Below are positions 11,536-22,898 of a stretch of 64,000 nucleotides of DNA, one piece after another. The position numbers and the translations under genes were made by a program. Every line of letters begins with the position of its first letter. Positions within the stretch are counted from its first letter, which is position 1. Source of the DNA: Felis catus (lineage: Eukaryota); NCBI RefSeq assembly GCF_018350175.1, contig NC_058368.1, positions 9,982,001 through 10,046,000 on the forward strand, given 5' to 3'. Under the pieces are notes generated by a model. The model was not told the origin of the DNA. It did no database searches and worked only from the letters and a program-made list of their open reading frames with translations.

Positions 11536-11575
11536 TCTGGTATTGCTATACTTAATATATTTATTATCGTTACGT

Positions 11576-12167
11576 TGTTTGATTCATTTTCTATTGCTGC
11601 ATAAGAAACTCCCACAACCTTAGTTGATTATCACCCCATACGTTGCCACCTCACCGTTTCATTGGGTCAGAAGTTATATGCTTGAGCTGGGTCCTCTGTT
11701 CAGGGTCTCAGCAGGCCATAATCAACATGTCGGCCTGGGATGCAATCTCCGCTGAGGCTTGGCATTCTCTTCAGGCTCACTGGTTGTAGGCAGAACTTGG
11801 TTCTTTGCCACTCCAGAAGAAAAGCCCTCAGCTCCTGGTAGCCCCTTCCCTGACACGTGGGCTTCTGCACAACATGGCATTTTTACCTCTTTAAGGCCAA
11901 CAGGAGAGCAACATTGGTGCCTTTTTCATCTGTGACCTCTAGACCCACTTTTATAAGGTTCTCCTGATTAGGCCAGGCCCACCCAGGTCAAGCTCACCTT
12001 TGATGAACTTAAAATCAACTGCTTTGGCACCACAGGACATTGCAAAACCCCTTCACTTTTACCTTATAATGTAACTTAGTGAGATTACAATCTAGGCCCT
12101 GCTCACCCTCGAGGCGGGGGGCAGATGATACAGAAGGGTGAGTCATTTTAGGATTCTGACTACCCAG
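11576..12167 (-). mobile_element. MLT1E/F-like ERVL-MaLR LTR
   Basis: Segments ttttctattgctgcataa, gggtcagaagtt, gctgggtcctctgttcagggtctca, cctgattaggccaggcccaccc, ttaggattctgactaccca. Confidence 0.78.
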
Positions 12168-12249
12168 CTTACCTTCCAGTCTCAGAGGAGCCAAAGGGAG
12201 CGGGATGGATGGTGAGATTATGGGTCTTCTGGGCAGAAGCAGGGTGGAG

Positions 12250-12273
12250 TGTGTGTGTGTGTGTGTGTGTGTG
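12250..12273. repeat. (GT)n microsatellite
   Basis: Directly visible. Confidence 0.9.
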
Positions 12274-12499
12274 CTCGTGCACGTGTGAACATTTGGGTGA
12301 GAATTCTATTAGGAAGGAGGCTGGGGTCTCTCCCAACTCCTTAGGAGCAGGGAAGCTTCATTCATAACCTTTTCTATCCCCTGTGGGAAACAGTGCAGTG
12401 ATAGAACAGATAAAGCTGAGACAAACAAGAAGTGAACCCCACCCTCCCCTTCCATTTTGACTAAAATACGCTATTTTCATAAGAATGTCCCTGACTGGC

Positions 12500-13100
12500 T
12501 GTCCCCGTTGCCCGAGCCGACGTTATGTCTCTCCTGGACCATTTCCGTAGCCACCTCCGTTGGGTGTTACATCACATGCCCTCGCTTGAAACCTGCCAGG
12601 GCATTTTTATCACTCTTAGGATAAACCCCAAGTGCCTTGATGTGGCCTTCCAGGGCATCTGCGGTTGGTGGCCGTGTTCCTTCGAGCTGCCCGCCTTGGC
12701 TCACTGGGCGTCAGCCCCGCTGGCCCTCCTGCTGCCGGCTGTAATGCGGGGCTCCTCCCCCAGGTGCTCAGGTGCCCTCCCTCCTTGCGCTCAGAGTCTG
12801 CCAGTGGTCACCTCCTCACAGAGCCCTCCAAAACCAGTGCGGAGTCTACATAGAAATGCAATTCCTCCTCTGCTCCACCCTCCATCTCCTACCTTTGTTT
12901 TACTTTTTCTTCTCTGTCGCCTGAAGTTAGATCACTTATTTAGTCCCCTACTTGTCCATTGTCTGTCTCCTGTGCTAGGATAGAAGCTTCCAAAGGGCAG
13001 GGATTTTGTCTGTATTGCTCATTCCTCTATTCCCATGGCCTAGAACAGTGCTAGGCAGATAATCAGTGCTCCAGACATACAGAATGCGTCCATGGAAGAA
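12500..13100 (+). mobile_element. L2 fragment (3' region)
   Basis: cactcttaggataaaccccaag, aagcttccaaagggcagggattttgtctg, cctagaacagtgctaggca are L2 3'-end motifs. Confidence 0.68.
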
Positions 13101-13224
13101 TGGACTGGGTTGGATGATTGTGTCTACTGGCTTAAGTGACTGGGAGGTAGGTTGCAGTGGTGATGGCTAAAGGGCTGTGAGCAAATTCAGGACAGGGGGC
13201 CTTACAGATGATCTTAAATTTGAG

Positions 13225-13385
13225 TAAGCCAAACTCCAGCTAGGGGACCCGTTAGAAAATGGAAATCCCTCAGCACCACCCCCAGAGATATGATCTGGTA
13301 GGTTAGGGATTGGGCCCAGGAATTCACATTCTTATTAAGATTCTCTGGAGTTTCCTGATGCAGATAGTTGAAGACCACTCTTCCA
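13225..13385. mobile_element. MER5-like fragment
   Basis: gttagaaaatggaaatccctcagcaccaccccagagat...gggcccaggaattcacatt. Confidence 0.55.
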
Positions 13386-13404
13386 GAAGCTTTTCGTTCT
13401 ACAG

Positions 13405-13940
13405 CTGTACCACCCAATATGGCGGCTACTAGCCCTTGAAAGATGGCTCCTCTAAACTGAGATGTGCTGTAAACGTAGAGTGCACACCAGATTTCAAAGA
13501 TTTAATACCAAAAATGTAAAGTATCTCATTTATAATGTTTATGTATGGATCACACGTTGCAATGATACTCTCGTGGCTGTAGGTGTTAAGTAAAATGTAT
13601 TACTAGAATTAATTTCACCTGTTTCTTTGTACTTTTCTTTTTTTAAAAAAAAAATTTTTTTTTCAACGTTTATTTATTTTTGGAACAGAGAGAGACAGAG
13701 CATGAACGGGGGAGGGGCAGAGAGAGAGGGAGACAGAATCGGAAACAGGCTCCAGGCTCCGAGCCATCAGCCCAGAGCCCGATGCGGGGCTCGAACTCAC
13801 GGACCGCGAGATCGTGACCTGGCTGAAGTCGGACGCTTAACCGACTGCGCCACCCAGGCGCCCCTCTTTGTACTTTTCTTAATCTGACTGCTAGAAATTT
13901 TAAATTACATATACAGCTCACATTATGTTCCTATTGATCT
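13405..13940 (-). mobile_element. MER33 hAT-Charlie element, interrupted by a SINE
   Basis: ctgagatgtgctgtaa, cacaccagatttcaaaga, aattaatttcacctgtttc, ctagaaattttaaattacatat match MER33. Confidence 0.8.
13640..13864 (-). mobile_element. Young SINEC_Fc with 16-bp TSD
   Basis: TSD tctttgtacttttctt at 13624-13639 and 13865-13880. Confidence 0.94.
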
Positions 13941-15013
13941 AGAAGTTCTACGGGAGCCAGCAAGCCTCACAGCTGAAATAAGTGCTGGTCCCCACCCTGC
14001 GCACTTATCTTCAGGGATGATTTCTTGCAGACAATATTGAAAAATGTGCCGATGAAAGTTACCACAAGAAGCAAACTGGTCCTGTCTGAATCTGGAAATA
14101 GTTCTTTGAAGCTTGTTACCATATGATCACGAGAGTGTTTCATTAAGTATTTCTGATCACAGATGTGGCACATTATTAAAATATCATTTTTACGGTCACC
14201 CTAGAGGCGAGGGTTATCTGAATATGGAGAGAGAAACAGCTTGTGGGAGCTGTTGTATAAATGAAATTACTAGAAAGCAGTGCACTCGATTGCATATTGG
14301 CTTGGGGGCTTATTCTTATTAAAATGTTTAGATAGCAGTTTCTGTTCATTTTCTGCAGAATTGCTCTCCAAATTAAAAATTTGGCTTGGCACACCAATAG
14401 ACCAGAGTCCCGGGAGAAGTTTATCCTCCTTTTCTTCTCGTTATCCTTGCCTAAGCACTTAGATGCCGTGCTGATAGGGAGCGCAGAAGGTCTGCACGGA
14501 GCACACGCGTTTGAATTTCCTGCAGCCCTGCAAATGGGCGCACTCGAACTTGCCTAAAAAAGTCAGCGCGGGCTTCAGGCATATCACAAGGTCTATCTAT
14601 AGGAAAGCAACCACTCTGTCTCTCTTATGATAATTTTTAGAAACAATTTTTAACGGAAATCGGCCTTCATAGTTGAAGACTTGCAAAAATGGACTAGAAG
14701 CCACTGCATAAACAAAATGAAATATAAGCCTTCGCAGAATTCAGACTAATAAGTGACTTCTCAGCCAATGAACAAGACAGCAGAAGACTGAACCTTTGGT
14801 TCAAGATGACTTCCTTCCCTACGTGTATGTTTGCTTGCTCGACGTCAACAGGATGGCAACCAGAACGCGGCCACAGCAACTGTCTGGAAACGTCTATTCT
14901 CACCTGGAGCCCAAGAGCCACGCCCACTGGGCACACAGCCTCCCTCCCTCCCCTCAATTATATTCAAATTTACCGATGCTTCAGCTGGTGTGAAAAGAGT
15001 GCTAGCTGATGCT

Positions 15014-15056
15014 ATTGACCGTGAAGTGGGATGATTGACCGTGAAGTGGGATGATT
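15014..15056. repeat. Perfect 20-bp tandem duplication
   Basis: attgaccgtgaagtgggatg twice, followed by att. Confidence 0.95.
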
Positions 15057-15113
15057 CTTGTAACTTCCGTCAGCAAAAGGCCTTATTAGCAGTGGGGTTG
15101 GGGAGCTGGCGAA

Positions 15114-15115
<2 letters not shown>

Positions 15116-15158
<43 letters not shown>
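15116..15158. repeat. (GT)n microsatellite (~21 units)
   Basis: Directly visible. Confidence 0.95.
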
Positions 15159-15159
<1 letters not shown>

Positions 15160-15486
15160 TTCGTTCGCGCCTACAGAGAGGACAAAACCCACAATAACAT
15201 TTTGTGATTCAGCTGACACATCCTTTCTCTCTGTCTCTCAATCACCTAGGTTAATGAGGACAACAGAAAACATAGTTAATGCCTGAACCTACTCTCATCA
15301 TAATCCTTTGTTTCAAAGCCCTTCCTTTCCTGAGATCACTACCTTCACTCTTCCCTGTCGTGAGGCTGTTATTGAGGAATTAAATGGGGGGAGGCCAGGC
15401 AGAAAAAGGAAGTGGGCCGCGAGAAAGTCAAGAGTTGCGTGGGTACTCTTCTAGAATGTTCCGCATTACTTCAGTGAGGGATTCTT

Positions 15487-15711
15487 TTTTTTTTTTTAAT
15501 TTTTTTTTCAACGTTTATTTATTTTTGGGACAGAGAGAGACAGAGCATGAACGGGGGAGGGACAGAGAGAGAGGGAGACACAGAATCAGAAACAGGCTCC
15601 AGGCTCTGAGCCACCAGCCCAGAGCCTGACGCAGGGCTCGAACTCACGGACCGCGAGATCGTGACCTGGCTGAAGTCGGACGCTTAACCGACTGTGCCAC
15701 CCAGGCGCCCC
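15487..15711 (-). mobile_element. SINEC_Fc with 14-bp TSD
   Basis: TSD agtgagggattctt at 15473-15486 and 15714-15727. Confidence 0.93.
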
Positions 15712-15835
15712 ATAGTGAGGGATTCTTAGCTAGTGTGTTACTATGAAACAAGTCAAATAGATCTCTGACCTTGATAAAGTGCTAACGAATTAATTAATTT
15801 AAAAAGTAGCCATTACTTGTTACTTATATTCCTCC

Positions 15836-16046
15836 TTTTTTTCAAGTTTACTTATTTATTTTAAGAGAGAAAGCAAGCAGAAGCTGGGGAGGGGAAGAGA
15901 GAGAAGGAGAGGGAGAGAATCCCAGGCTGGCTCCGCACTGTCAGCGCAGAGCCCGACTCAGAACTCGAACTCACAAGCTGTGAGATCGTGACCTGAGCCG
16001 AAATCAAGAGTCTGACGCTTAACCTACAGAGCCACCCAGGCGCCCC
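15836..16046 (-). mobile_element. CanSINE
   Basis: Reverse head gagccacccaggcgcccc, GA linker and T tail. Confidence 0.88.
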
Positions 16047-16429
16047 TCTGTTGGAAGCATTTTAAAGCATCGCATCAGAAAAGCTCCTACCACTGACAGA
16101 TATATGCAAGATAGATATGGCTTTTCATATAAAACACAAGGCTTGAAAGTCACGTCTCCCACTGTGTACTTGAGTCAACCTCCTCTGTGATTTGGGGAGA
16201 CTGGTAGGAAGGTTTGAGAGGTGCTAGACTGTGAACACAGGGCTCAACAGCAGATCATGAGTAAACCATTTTGACTGGAGTGAAAGATCGCCCCAAAGGA
16301 AGGTCCACGGGTTAAGGTCGCGGACTCTTCAGTGCCGCCCAGCCTGCGGGATTTGGATGCTCTCAGTTGAGGGTTGTTGAAAGGGTTTGTTTTTGTTTTT
16401 AAGAGAATGATGCCTTGTGCAAAGCAGGA

Positions 16430-16990
16430 TTTTCATAGAAAAACCTGGCGGCTTTACTGAAGATAGCCGAGGAAAGGAAATATCTAGATGGGGGAGGAGG
16501 AACGCGCTGGAGATCGTTGGTAGGTGAAAATTTCAATGGTTTAAATGCAAGACGGGGCCTGGCCCAAGATGGAGAAGCGAGTAGAAGATGTAACATTTTG
16601 AATAAATAAGAGGGAGCATGACTGGTTGCATGGAAGCAAGGAAGGGAGAAGGAAAGTAAAAGAGAATTCTGGGTTTTGAGTCTGGATGAGGAGAGAATCA
16701 GTCTGTAATTAAATTCCCAGAGTGCCCCTACCATATCCCAGGCCGGGGGCTAGGGGCTGGGCATCGACAGTGACAAAGAGAGACAAGATCACCCTTGAGG
16801 AACATTTATTCTAAGGGGACAGTAAGCAGCCAGAGAGGTCGAGGAATCACCGGCGCAACAGAGGTTACAGACGCGTAAGAGTGAACAGCTTTGACTTACA
16901 GTTCTGCGTGAGACGTCAAGAGAAATGAAAATCAAGGGACACTGAAAAGCCACTTATAATTAGGAGAAGTAAGAATTGCTGAGCACTTAA
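16430..16990 (-). mobile_element. Degenerate L2 fragments
   Basis: Purine-rich L2-like text (gggttttgagtctggatga, gtgcccctaccatatcccagg, acagtgacaaagagagacaag). Confidence 0.45.
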
Positions 16991-17090
16991 TAACAGCCAT
17001 GACCATGCTTTTATTACTTTCTCACTTGTGGACTTTTGCCCCAAGGTTAAAGAGCTGGCAAGGAGCAGATCCCGGATCCAAGTTCAAGTC

Positions 17091-17092
17091 TT

Positions 17093-17127
<35 letters not shown>

Positions 17128-17310
17128 TATCTTAGAGAGAGAGAGCATGGGGAGGGGGTAGAGGGAGAGAGAGAGAGAGAGAGAGAGAGAATTTTAAGCA
17201 GGTTTCACGCTCAACACAGAGCCCAACATGGGGCTCGATCCCACGACCCTGGGATCATGACCTGAGCTGAAATCAAGAGTTCGATGTTCAACTGACTGAG
17301 CCACCCAGGC
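17091..17310 (-). mobile_element. CanSINE with (TTTA)n tail, following a MIR fragment
   Basis: gggctcgatcccacgaccctgggatcatgacctgagctgaaatcaagag. Confidence 0.88.
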
Positions 17311-17786
17311 TTCTAAGTCTACCTCTTTTTAAGGTCATTGTGAACTGACCTTATCCAAAAGGTCCAACCACGACTCGTGGGTAATTTGGGGCATATAATG
17401 GCACTGGGGCATTGAAGGTGGGTGAGAGTTAGCTATGTCCTCGGCCTCATTATCTTGTTATCAAGGAAGCAATTCTCAGGCCAGATTTGGCCACAAATAT
17501 AGATCTTTTATTAAACAAACCTCCCTTTAGAAAGCAGGCCTGGGACAGTTCATATAACTGCGAGCTCGGGGATTCCTCTCGTCTAAAAGCTTCTTTTGAG
17601 TCAGATGCCGTCCCTAAGGACATGGTCTCAAGCCTCACTGTATTCCTACAGCCTGTTCACACCTGGGCTGGGGAGCACCTGCCCAATATTTACCCAGTCC
17701 TCAAAATATGAATACGTTTAATTTGAACACCGAGAGCCCATAAACCAGCAAGCCTCTCTTTTGGCCAACAGAAACTCACTTCTCAT

Positions 17787-18197
17787 GGGGGCGCCTGGGC
17801 GGCTCAGTCAGTTAAGCCTCCAACTTTGGCTCAGATCCTGATCTCACGGTTCGTGAGTTTGAGCCCCATGTTGGGCTCTCTGCTCTCAGCACAGAGCTTG
17901 TTTTGTATCCTCTTTCCCCCTCTCTCTCTGCTCCTCCCTCTCTTGCACTGTCTCAAAAATAAATAAACAGGGGCACCTGGGCGAGCTTAGTCGGTTGACC
18001 GTCCGACTTCATCTCAGGTCATGATCTCACACTCCGTGGGTTCCAGCCTCGCGTCGGGCTCTGTGCTGACAGCTCAGAGCCTGGAGCCTGCTTCAGATTC
18101 TGTGTCTCCCTCCCTCTCTGCCTCTCTCCTGCTCATGTTCTCTCTCTGTCTCAAAAATAAATAAATAAAAACATTTAAAAAAAAAATAAACACTTAA
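17787..18197 (+). mobile_element. Two CanSINEs, the second (17970-~18190) inserted into the A tail of the first
   Basis: Two heads at 17787 and 17970; outer TSD agaaa(c/t)tcacttct(c/g)at at 17770-17786 and 18198-18214; inner repeat aaataaaca. Confidence 0.9.
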
Positions 18198-18326
18198 AGA
18201 AATTCACTTCTGATACTCACTATTCTGAGTTTTAAAGCCTCAAGTGGTGATTGAGATCAGAAGAGCTGATGGCTTTCTGATGTAATACGCTTCGAGGCTG
18301 AATTTCTCTATTGCCCCTGAATTTCT

Positions 18327-18553
18327 TTCTTTTCTTTTCCTTTTTTTTTTTTCCTGCATGTATTTATTTTTGAGAGACAGAGAGAGAGCGCAAGTGGGAG
18401 AGGGGCAGACAGGAGGAGACAAAGAATCTGAAGCAGGTTCCAGGCTCCGAGCTGTCAGCACAGAGCCGGCTGCGGGGCTTCAACTCATGAACCATGAGAT
18501 TATGACCTGAGCTGAAGTCGGACGCTTAATCGACTGAGCCATCCAGGCGCGCC
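18327..18553 (-). mobile_element. CanSINE with 14-bp TSD
   Basis: TSD gcccctgaatttct at 18313-18326 and 18558-18571. Confidence 0.9.
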
Positions 18554-18791
18554 ACCCGCCCCTGAATTTCTAAGGGCTACTAAATGCCCCTAGAGTTGAG
18601 ACTTCCAGTAATACAAACTCATGTTCTCATGCTCAATGTCCAACTATTTTAAAGTAAATTAGGAACATCGTAAAATAAACCCATACGTTGAACTGTTTGT
18701 TATTCCATAAAACTGTAATATGGATTTTTTAAAAAAATGGTAGCAATAAACTGTAAAGCACCTATATTATTCTTTTTGACCAGGAAATCTT

Positions 18792-19009
18792 TTTTTTTTC
18801 AACGTTTTTTTAAATTTTATTTTTGGGACAGAGAGAGACAGAGCATGAACAGGGGAGGGGCAGAGAGAGAGGGAGACACAGAATCGGAAACAGGCTCCAG
18901 GCTCCGAGCCATCAGCCCAGAGCCTGACGCGGGGCTCGAACTCACGGACCGCGAGATCGTGACCTGGCTGAAGTCGGACACCCAACCGACTGCGCCACCC
19001 AGGCGCCCC
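18792..19009 (-). mobile_element. Young SINEC_Fc with 15-bp TSD
   Basis: TSD tgaccaggaaatctt at 18777-18791 and 19010-19024. Confidence 0.94.
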
Positions 19010-19039
19010 TGACCAGGAAATCTTGACCTCACGGCCCAA

Positions 19040-19270
19040 GCATGAAAATAACACATAATAACCAGCTGTCATGATGGGTGAGACTGTGCCAAGGGCTTCA
19101 GATGTATCTACTCATTTAACCTTCGGAACAAACCGATGAGGCAGGTGTCATTATTCCATGCCCATTGTACAAAGGGGGAAAGCGAAAGTGTACCTTAAAG
19201 AGAACAAGTCATTTGACCCAGGTCGGACAGCTTGAAACTCATGGACTTGGGATCCAGGTCTGGACCTTGG
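19040..19270 (-). mobile_element. MIR
   Basis: tctactcatttaaccttcggaacaaaccgatgaggcaggtgtcattatt...cccattgtacaaag, a MIR core in reverse. Confidence 0.65.
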
Positions 19271-21039
19271 GGGTGGGGAAGCTCAAAAACCCAGGATTGT
19301 GGATGTGTGGGCATCCATATCGTACGTGATGTTTCTGGGGATGGAGGGTGGGGAAGGGCTGTGGTAAGTTTCTATGACTTTCAATGGACTCTTGACGACT
19401 TCCAGCCCCACGATCTAAACCAGCACCATCAGAATCCAGACGCCTTGCCTGACAACTGCCTGTCATAAGTTCATCTTCCTAATGGATGCACGAGGTAGAT
19501 GTTTCATTTTCTCTTCCGCGGATAGACATACTGAACCGGGTCTTTGAATCTAAAAACACAGCCACATTATCCTAATTTATGGAAAGCATGTCAGGTAAGA
19601 AAAATCACGTTCATAAGAAATCAATTGATCTTTTGTATTTATAATTGACTTTTCTGAATTTTCCAATGTAGGATTGGGCTCAAAGAGAACAGGATGGCTC
19701 CACACTGTGAAAAATAAAAATATGTTTAAAAGTGTTTAAAGTTGTTTCTCTGCTAAAGACAAGAGACTTTAAGGCATTTTCCTGATAATGGCCTTACAAG
19801 CCTTCCAGACTTTATAGGTAATTTCTAACTCCATGGTCCTTTGCCGTTTGAAAAGATAATCTACTCCCCGTATTTATCTGGACCAAAGTGAAATGATCAT
19901 GTTTCCTTTGGCTTTGGTGGGGTGTTGACAGAACGGATAATTGAAATATCTTACTGTTGCTAAGGCAAACTGACTTGAAAAAGAAGAGGCGGGGGGAGGT
20001 AGAGGAAGTAGATATTTTCTTGAAACAATTTGTCCTTCAATCTTCCTTCTGAGCTATTTTGAGCTGTAGTGAAATAGTATTTCAAGAATTCGTACAAAAA
20101 GAGAATATACGGTTTCTCTTATCCCTTCCCTAGTCTGGTCATACACCGTTATCTTAAAAATTGTTTGAATTGATATAGAAAAAGGCATCTAACTTGTACA
20201 GTAACTTGAAGCAGATTCTGCTTACACGTGCCCAGCAATCTGCTGCTTTACCGCCCAGCCCGTCCGCACTCCAGAAATGAGGCTAAAAGAGGCAAATCCT
20301 TGATTGTCCTTTGAGGCTCATCTGCCCCTTACGCAAAAAGTTCCAGGGAGCACCGACGCTCGGCTCAGTCTAATATGAGGATTGGGTTATATTATGCAGA
20401 AATTCATGAACTTCCCACTGTAATGTTTGGGTATGCAAAATTGAGAAGTATTTTGGGTTACTATATCAGACTGAGGGAGAAATTGGTGTGGAAATTGATT
20501 TTTCCAAAGCCTCAACATTTCAAATGCAAAACCTCTTTTATCTGGTTACTTCTGGGGAAGTAACAGCTGGGAGCTAATGAATGGGAAGAGACACCAAGAT
20601 AGCTCCGCGTTGGTTGGCCCCGATTCCACTCACACCACCAGTCCCAGCAGATGCTTAATCATGAGGCTGAGCACCTAGAAAAAGTCTCCTCTGACTGGCA
20701 GCGGGTGGCCGGTGTGCTTTGGGGCCACTTTCTCAGAGGCTGTCATGGTCAGATGCTGATTTATTTACATCTTCTTGCCTGATGGCCGCCTTCCGTACCC
20801 CTCCCATCCCCCACGCCTATGTGAACCACCGCAAAGGGGAAGCATTTCAGGCTGGAGCTCAGGAAGAGAGGCTTTTTAACATGAATGGTTTCCTCCTTCC
20901 TCAGACACCTAGGGCATTTGCCTTTATTTCTTCTCTAAATATTTCATTTGTGTTTACCCCGGTCCCAGTTTCCTCTACTGCACTATAAATTCCGTGAGAC
21001 AAATGCCTTTGTTGTACATTTCTCATTTCTCATATGTAA

Positions 21040-21041
<2 letters not shown>

Positions 21042-21088
<47 letters not shown>

Positions 21089-21117
21089 TATACACACATA
21101 CTCATATATATGTGTGC

Positions 21118-21148
<31 letters not shown>
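21042..21148. repeat. Compound (TA)n/(CA)n/(GA)n microsatellite at a SINE tail
   Basis: Directly visible. Confidence 0.9.
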
Positions 21149-21149
<1 letters not shown>

Positions 21150-21559
21150 TTTATTTATTTATTTGGAGAGAGCACATGCAAGTGGGGGAAGGGCAGAAAG
21201 AGAGGGAGAGAATCCGAAGCAGGCTCCCCACTGTCAGCACAGAGCCCTGGCCTGATGCAAGGCTTGAAACCATCCAATACGAAATCATGACCTGAGCCGA
21301 AATCAAGAGTTGGGTGCTTAACCCAGTGAGCCACCCAGGCTCTCTTCTCTTGTATATATTTTATTTTATTTTTATTTTTGAGAGAGACAGAGCATGAGCA
21401 GGGGAAGGGCAGAGAGATGGGAGACATAGAATCAGAAGTAGGCTCCAGGCTCTGAGCTGTCAGCACAGAGCCCGACGTGGGGCTCGAACTCACAGACCGT
21501 GAGCTCAGGACCTGAGCTGAAGTCGGGTGCTTAAACTGACTGAGCCACCCGGGCGCCCC
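21150..21559 (-). mobile_element. Two adjacent CanSINEs (21150-21341 and 21359-21559)
   Basis: Two reverse heads (gagccacccaggc; gagccacccgggcgcccc), each with a GA linker and T tail. Confidence 0.88.
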
Positions 21560-22696
21560 TCCTTTGTATATTTTTATTTATTTATTTTTTTTAATTTTAT
21601 TTAATTAATTAATTTATTTATTTTTCCTCCCTTGTATATTTTTAACCATAAGGAGAGTGCTGAGTTTAGTAGATAGCCAATGAGGACGGATGGATTAACT
21701 CCTTCTTTTGATGTGACAGAAATTTTGGGGGATGTTGTGTTTTCTCTAGCAGAAAGCTTCATGAGGACAGAAACTATGCATTTATCATTTTTGCGCCTTA
21801 TGTGAGATCCGGTTTAATTTATCGGTCAGGATACACGCTCAGTAATTATCCTGGAAGAGACTGAACAGATAAGGCAATGATGGGCGGGCCAAGTTTCGTG
21901 ATGGCCTTGCCAGAACAATTCATAGTGTTAGAAAACATCAGTGGGTGGTATTTAGATTTCCTTCCTTGCATGGGACCCCTTACCTCGCATGGTTTGACCA
22001 CTCTCTTCTCCTGAAACTCTTTCTCCCTTTGGCTTCTGACACGACTCTGCATGCCTGCTTATCTTCCTAACTCAACCTTCTTTGCTGACTCCTCCCCAAG
22101 CTCCCCCACTGCGGAGAGTTTGGGCTTGGAAGGGAGGATCTCTCGGATGTGTTCTTACATTTAAACCGAATCCCTGAGTATTCTTCTTCACATTTGCCAA
22201 TTTCTAAGATTCTCTCTCTTATTTTTTTTTCATCTCCAGGCCTTTTGTTTGTGTTCAAACCTCCAGACTAAAATATCCAATTGCCCACTTGTCTACGTCA
22301 TACATCCGAAACAGAACCCCCCCTTGCTCCAGCCCCCAAATCACTTTCTCCTCCAGGGGTCATCATTTCAACCCATGGCAGATCTGTACTAATGGCTTGG
22401 GACAAAGCCTTGGAGTCAACTCTGACTCTGCTTTCTGCACATCCAGTTCTGAGCAAACTCTGTCAGTGTTACCTTCAACAGACATTCAAAAAAAAAAAAA
22501 AAAATCTGACCGTCCTTACCCCCCTGCCAATCTCTGCTCTGTTCTCAGCTTCCGCCATCACTTCAAGGGGAGCTCTGTGAGGGTGCCCACCTCGTCCGTT
22601 TTGTTCGTTGTGGTATCTTCAGTTCCCGGTGCATTGCCTGGCACATCGTAGGTGCTTGGTTCTTGCCTAGATTATTGTAGTAATTCCCTGACTCTG

Positions 22697-22898
22697 GATT
22701 TCCCAACCTCAGCGCTACTCACGTTCTGGGCTGGGTAATTCTGTTGTGGGGGCTTTGTGGGTGCTGTCGCAGGCCAGCATGCATCCCTGGCCTCTCCCCC
22801 TGGATTCCAGTTGCACTCACCCCTTCCGCCTCAAGTTGTGGCAGCCAAAAATGTCTCCAGACGTTGTCAAATGTCCACTAGGGGGCAGAACCACCACC
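22697..22898 (+). mobile_element. MER20 hAT-Charlie element
   Basis: Collinear with MER20: ttcccaacctcagc, taattctgttgtggggg, gcatccctggcctct, gttgtggcagccaaaaatgtctccagacgttgtcaaatgtcc. Confidence 0.85.
22872..22890 (+). promoter_or_regulatory. CTCF motif within MER20
   Basis: CCACTAGGGGGCAG at 22875-22888 fits the CCASYAGRKGGCRS core fully. Confidence 0.6.
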
